Made by a program: the position numbers and the translations under genes. DNA of 64,000 bases, from positions 1,344,001 through 1,408,000 of the forward strand of contig CAWBOS010000012.1 of the NCBI GenBank assembly GCA_963790475.1. Reading direction: 5' to 3'. Below are positions 59,948-64,000 of this stretch, piece after piece. Source of the stretch: an uncultured delta proteobacterium (GTDB lineage: Bacteria > Desulfobacterota > RBG-13-43-22). A model generated the notes under the pieces. It made no database searches and had not been told where the DNA came from. It saw nothing but the letters and a program-made list of their open reading frames with translations. The number at the start of each line of letters is the position of its first letter. The first letter of the stretch is position 1.

Positions 59948-60571
59948 TTATTCTTTTACTTTGCTTAAATTGAATTGGTACCGGTCAAAATAATATTTTA
60001 GGATCAGTGTACCTATTATTCCGATGCCTGCTCCGGCAATCACATCGCTCAAAAAATGCGCAGTTATAATTATCCTGCTTATACCAATAGCCCCAGCCAT
60101 GATAAATAGCGGTATTCCCCAACGGGGAAAAAGGATTGTCAATGCAGTGGCAAGTGAAAATGCGGTTTGAACGTGGCCGGAAGGAAAGGATGTTATTTCA
60201 TAAAGGTGACCAAAGTAATCAAATCCAAAACGACCGAGATTAAATAAATCAACAGGGCGATGACGTCCGGCTATCCATTTCAATAAAATGGTGAAGATTC
60301 CGGTAATACTAAGAGAAAGGAAAACAAAAAGAAATCGTGCCGCATAGAGATTATTTTTGTAAATAAAACGAAAAAATAAATATAAAATTAGACTGGCAAC
60401 AAAATACCAGGTTGCAATGCCAAAAGTCGTGATTACTTCGGCCCATTTTTTTATAGCAGGGCTTAACGTCAGACAATATTTCATTAGGGAAATATCCCAA
60501 AATAAATAAGAAATGACTGTCAATATTAAACAAGTTGCAAAGACCGGTGTTGCGATCCATCTTTTTTTCAT
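59948..60571 (-). CDS. PAP2-family membrane phosphatase
   Basis: KWIAGRHRP, SFPSGH, SRIIITAHFLSD. Confidence 0.9.
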   Translation of the reverse strand: MKKRWIATPVFATCLILTVISYLFWDISLMKYCLTLSPAIKKWAEVITTFGIATWYFVASLILYLFFRFIYKNNLYAARFLFVFLSLSITGIFTILLKWIAGRHRPVDLFNLGRFGFDYFGHLYEITSFPSGHVQTAFSLATALTILFPRWGIPLFIMAGAIGISRIIITAHFLSDVIAGAGIGIIGTLILKYYFDRYQFNLSKVKE

Positions 60572-60863
60572 GGTTTTACTCCCCGATAATCAATGTATTT
60601 CAAGATTTCGTTGCCGGATATTATTACGTGCATAAGAAGAATCATCATCTTTTGATGGTGTTGATGTAGCCTTTTCCCAGAGGCCAGCATTTATGCCCTC
60701 TCCTTGTGGGTGATCATTGGCTTTTTGATCTCAGCCACGGATCTGAAGATTCTCACGTATTGGTCACGGCCGGGCTTTCTGCCTTTTTATTTATTTTTTT
60801 GCGTGTAAGACAAGAAGTGCAAAGAAGAAAACCTTGATGGCCCGGGAAACCCTTTAACTCAAT

Positions 60864-61315
60864 TCATCCAACCTTTGATGGTTTTGCTTTGCGCAAACGT
60901 TTCGTGGTCTCCTCCAGCTGGCCCTTCTGTTTTAAGCGTGTCAACTCCTCAGGAGTTTCCTGAAACCCTTCCAGGGCGTTGAAAAACCGGTCCAGGGGAT
61001 CACCCTGAGAGGTGGGGACTAAAAAGATATGCGTGTGGGTATCCTTCGGCCCCGGGCATACATGCAGACAAAACCCGGTAGGAAGGTTTGCATGATTTTT
61101 CCGGCGACCACTTTGGCCACCCTGAAAAGGCTCTCTGTTTCTTCCACGGTGAGGTCATGCCACCAGGGGACATGTCTTTTGGGAATGATCAGGCAGTGGC
61201 CCTCGGCCAAAGGATTAATATCCAGTAAACCCAAAGACAGATCATCCTCATAGACGATATGGGCCGGCGCCTTCCTGGCAATGATATCACAAAAAACGCA
61301 CTTTTCTTCCGGCAT
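60864..61315 (-). CDS. HIT family hydrolase; -1 homopolymer frameshift near 61038
   Basis: CVFCDI, DINP..GHCLIIPKRH; adding one C restores IPHTHIFLVP and extends the ORF to 150 aa. Confidence 0.78.
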
Positions 61316-61344
61316 GACAAATCTCCATTAAAGATTAAAGGTTA

Positions 61345-61501
61345 GAGGTTCATGAAAAGTCGTCACCCCGGCGAAAGCCGGGGCCCAGGTGAATTATAAC
61401 TTACTTGAAAACACTGGATTCCGGCTGGAGTCTATCCCGCACTTGATGCGGGACCGGAATGACTTAATGTGGGTTTCGGCGACTTTTTACGAGTTCATCA
61501 A
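61345..61501. repeat. REP/MITE-like element
   Basis: gtcaccccggcgaaagccgggg..ccggaatgac with end gactttttacgagttcatca. Confidence 0.75.
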
Positions 61502-61569
61502 GGTCAACGGGCTCATTTCCACTTGTTTAACTGACGGGACCAATTACTTGGGGTATTTTTACTCCCATT

Positions 61570-63324
61570 TCAGGCAGATATTTTTTGCTGTATGTGAATC
61601 AGCTTTTCCTTGATTTCAGCCATTTTCTTTTCCTCTTCAACAAGAACGGCCCTTTGTTTCTCAACCGCCTCCTCGCCCTTCGATCTCTGACTCAGGCCTT
61701 TTTCTATGGCCTTTGATATCCCTTCCATGGTGGCCTCAATCCTTTGGAGCATCTCCCATCTGAAGGTAAGCTTACTCTTATCCAGTCTTTCTTCAAAGTC
61801 AGAACCAATTCTGGCGGACTGCCTGTCGATCACCCCCTGGAGGTATTCCTTCATCTTCTTCTGCATGATCTTTTCGCCGATGAACTTCGGCCGCAACAAG
61901 GTCAGCGACGAGGCCACTATCTCAATCCCTCCCGGCTGCTCCTTGAATTTATAGTAAAACCTGGACTTCGATGACCAAATGGCCTCGGCCTTAACGATAT
62001 CGACGGGAACGGCGAAGAGTTCCGCCGAGAAATTAAGGAGGGCGTCCACGGTTTCATCGATCTTGCTAATAAATCTCTTGCAGGACGTCTCAAATGCTTT
62101 TGACAGTTTCTCATCCTCAAGGCCGCGCCAGGCCATAAAGGCCTGTTTGACTTCGACGACAATTTGCTCTTCAAGACGCCGCTGAATCTCCTTCAGGGAC
62201 AGGCCCGAATACTCTTTGTAGCGGCTTTCAATGTTTCCTGACACTTTAAAAAGCAACTCCTGTCTGAAGGCCTTCGTGTCTTCATCCAGGACGTTCTTTA
62301 TAATATTTTTCGTGGCGCCATCCAGCAGCAGGTAGAAGTCATCTTTTTCAACCAAAATCTCTTCCTTTTTATTCTCGAAAATTTTGATCTTCTCTTGCAG
62401 CTCCTCTAAAGGCGTTGCTAGTGATTTCATCTCCAGTTCAAGTTTGAACAAGGCTTGAGAGAGGAGCCGAAGGAGGTTGTTGGTCACGGAAAGGAGCAGA
62501 ACTTTGCCCTTTTCCTGCATTAGAAAGGTATTCAGGATATGTTCAAATTCGGGGAGAAAACTTTTCTCCAGGAATTCCTTTGTTCCGGACAATTTACCCT
62601 GAAGGGCCCATTTGGCCGAAATGGGGAAAATCTTGACTTCGCTGCCCAACGACTCCTCAATAATGGTCCTGGAGAATGAAATGGATTCGTTAAGGTCTTC
62701 GGGACCGACATAATCGGCCTTATTCTGCAGAAAGAATATCCGGTTGGAATATTCTTTTACATCCTTTAAAAAATTAAGCTCGGCCTTGCTGACCGGCTGA
62801 TCGACGGAGAGAAGAAACAGGGCGGCATCCGACTTAGGTAAGTACTGATAAGCCACATCGGTGTTGTGCTCATATACCGAACCGACACCGGGGGTGTCGA
62901 TCAACCGGACCCCGTCTTTTAGATAGGTTGAAGGATAGGCTATGACGACTTCCTGCACCTCTTTTTCATTTTTTGGATTTCCTTTTTCGGTTACATATTG
63001 GGGGAGACTTGCCGGTTCAATCTCAGTCACCCGGCCGTCATTGAAATAAACATTGATATTTACGGTTTCGCCGTATTTAAGAATCGTGGCAATAGAGGTA
63101 AGAGGCACGATAGCTGTGGGCAATATTTCCGCCCCAAGGAGGGCATTGATCAGGCTGGTCTTCCCTCTTTTAAACTGTCCCAGAACAACCAGGTTAAAGA
63201 CATTATTTTGAATTTTATCCCTGAATTCTTCATAGAGGCCATTGGTATTCATTTCGATGGTTCCCATGGAGTCGATGCAGGTTACGAGTTCTTCTTTAAG
63301 ATGCGCGTAGTTATCGAGAACCAT
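61570..63324 (-). CDS. Bacterial dynamin-like GTPase
   Basis: G1 GQFKRGKT, G2 PLT, G3 DTPG, G4 NKAD, long helical C-terminus; RBS GGAGG. Confidence 0.9.
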   Translation of the reverse strand: MVLDNYAHLKEELVTCIDSMGTIEMNTNGLYEEFRDKIQNNVFNLVVLGQFKRGKTSLINALLGAEILPTAIVPLTSIATILKYGETVNINVYFNDGRVTEIEPASLPQYVTEKGNPKNEKEVQEVVIAYPSTYLKDGVRLIDTPGVGSVYEHNTDVAYQYLPKSDAALFLLSVDQPVSKAELNFLKDVKEYSNRIFFLQNKADYVGPEDLNESISFSRTIIEESLGSEVKIFPISAKWALQGKLSGTKEFLEKSFLPEFEHILNTFLMQEKGKVLLLSVTNNLLRLLSQALFKLELEMKSLATPLEELQEKIKIFENKKEEILVEKDDFYLLLDGATKNIIKNVLDEDTKAFRQELLFKVSGNIESRYKEYSGLSLKEIQRRLEEQIVVEVKQAFMAWRGLEDEKLSKAFETSCKRFISKIDETVDALLNFSAELFAVPVDIVKAEAIWSSKSRFYYKFKEQPGGIEIVASSLTLLRPKFIGEKIMQKKMKEYLQGVIDRQSARIGSDFEERLDKSKLTFRWEMLQRIEATMEGISKAIEKGLSQRSKGEEAVEKQRAVLVEEEKKMAEIKEKLIHIQQKISA

Positions 63325-63374
63325 ATATGGACCTCCTATCACTTTCTATTGGCAGGGGTCGTTTTGTTTGTACA

Positions 63375-63459
63375 AAAAATAAAAAACTCCTACCAAAGGC
63401 TTCTTTGGTAGGAGTCATTAGTCCCGGTTTATCGAGACGGTTGAGCGAACTCCATCGCT
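63375..63459 (-). ncRNA. Fluoride riboswitch 3 with terminator
   Basis: Minus strand AGCGATGGAGTTCGCT-CAACCG..ACTAATGACTCCTAC; terminator actcctaccaaag..ctttggtaggagt followed by T run. Confidence 0.9.
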
Positions 63460-63495
63460 TGATTAAAATCTATTTTACCCTATTTAGGTAGAATG

Positions 63496-63524
63496 AGTAT
63501 AAAATAAGACCGATGTGGGGTCAA
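63496..63524 (-). promoter_or_regulatory. Sigma70 promoter
   Basis: TTGACC-17 nt-TATACT upstream of riboswitch 3. Confidence 0.65.
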
Positions 63525-63810
63525 GGAAAAAAAGCGAATGAATTAAACCAGGCACGGCTCAAAATATTATCATAATCGCCATATTATGTCGACGAATCGG
63601 GCGGATTAAAGGAGAGAGCGTCTTGCCCATTTTAGATATTTTGTTATTATGTCAAACTTTGGGTGCTTTTCTAAAATTTTACTTCAAAAAGATTTAAGGA
63701 CGGAATTTGTCCGATGCTACTCGATTTAGTCAAGGTAGTCAACAATGTCTCCCCTTGATGACGGAGGAGAAAGGTGTTATGAAATTGGATGGATCATCAG
63801 GGGAAAAAAA

Positions 63811-64000
63811 TTGAAAATACTGCTTATATACCCCTATTTCCTGGAGAAGCGGGTGCATGAGGAGGAGATCGGTATGGTTCCGATCGGTCTCTACTACGTG
63901 GGGGCGGTTCTAAAAGAGAACGGCTACGACGTAGAGATCCTCAACTGGCACCGCATCCATGAAAACCCCCAAGATATGGAAGCGGTTTTAAGAGAGAAGA
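63811..64000 (+). CDS. Probable B12-binding radical SAM protein (3' partial)
   Basis: MKILLIYP..PIGLYYVGAVLKENGYDVEIL N-terminal pattern; only about 63 codons visible. Confidence 0.65.
   Translation, partial: MKILLIYPYFLEKRVHEEEIGMVPIGLYYVGAVLKENGYDVEILNWHRIHENPQDMEAVLREK

Noticed and set aside
1-64000. CRISPR array, tRNA, rRNA or prophage
   Set aside because: No regularly spaced repeats, cloverleaf, rRNA signatures or phage genes seen by eye

Overview
Bacterial chromosomal window, most likely from an anaerobic Desulfobacterota (deltaproteobacterial sulfate reducer or syntroph); this is inferred from gene content only. It is dominated by redox and metal-cofactor genes. These include hdrCB interrupted by a four-helix-bundle gene, a TmcC/B-like membrane pair, and a sigma54-driven nuoEFG(HydABC-like)-hdrA/mvhD operon with an IS between promoter and first gene. 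There is also an operon of FAD/CCG oxidoreductases with a hidden DsrE selenoprotein (UxxC plus SECIS) and a DUF169-CoaE fusion, and a long Orange-protein-like cluster (NifB/NifX, Mrp, MinD-ATPases). Further on lie a tandemly duplicated membrane cytochrome b/heme c/HdrC fusion with hdrB, metY-metX-metW, moaD-aor and a VapBC toxin-antitoxin pair. The last 7 kb holds three fluoride riboswitches ahead of a cation:proton antiporter+Usp, a Zn-ribbon/HEAT protein and a dynamin-like GTPase, with no Fluc/CLC gene in the window. Four genes carry homopolymer frameshifts that are probably assembly errors. All calls come from motif recognition by eye; no database searches were run.
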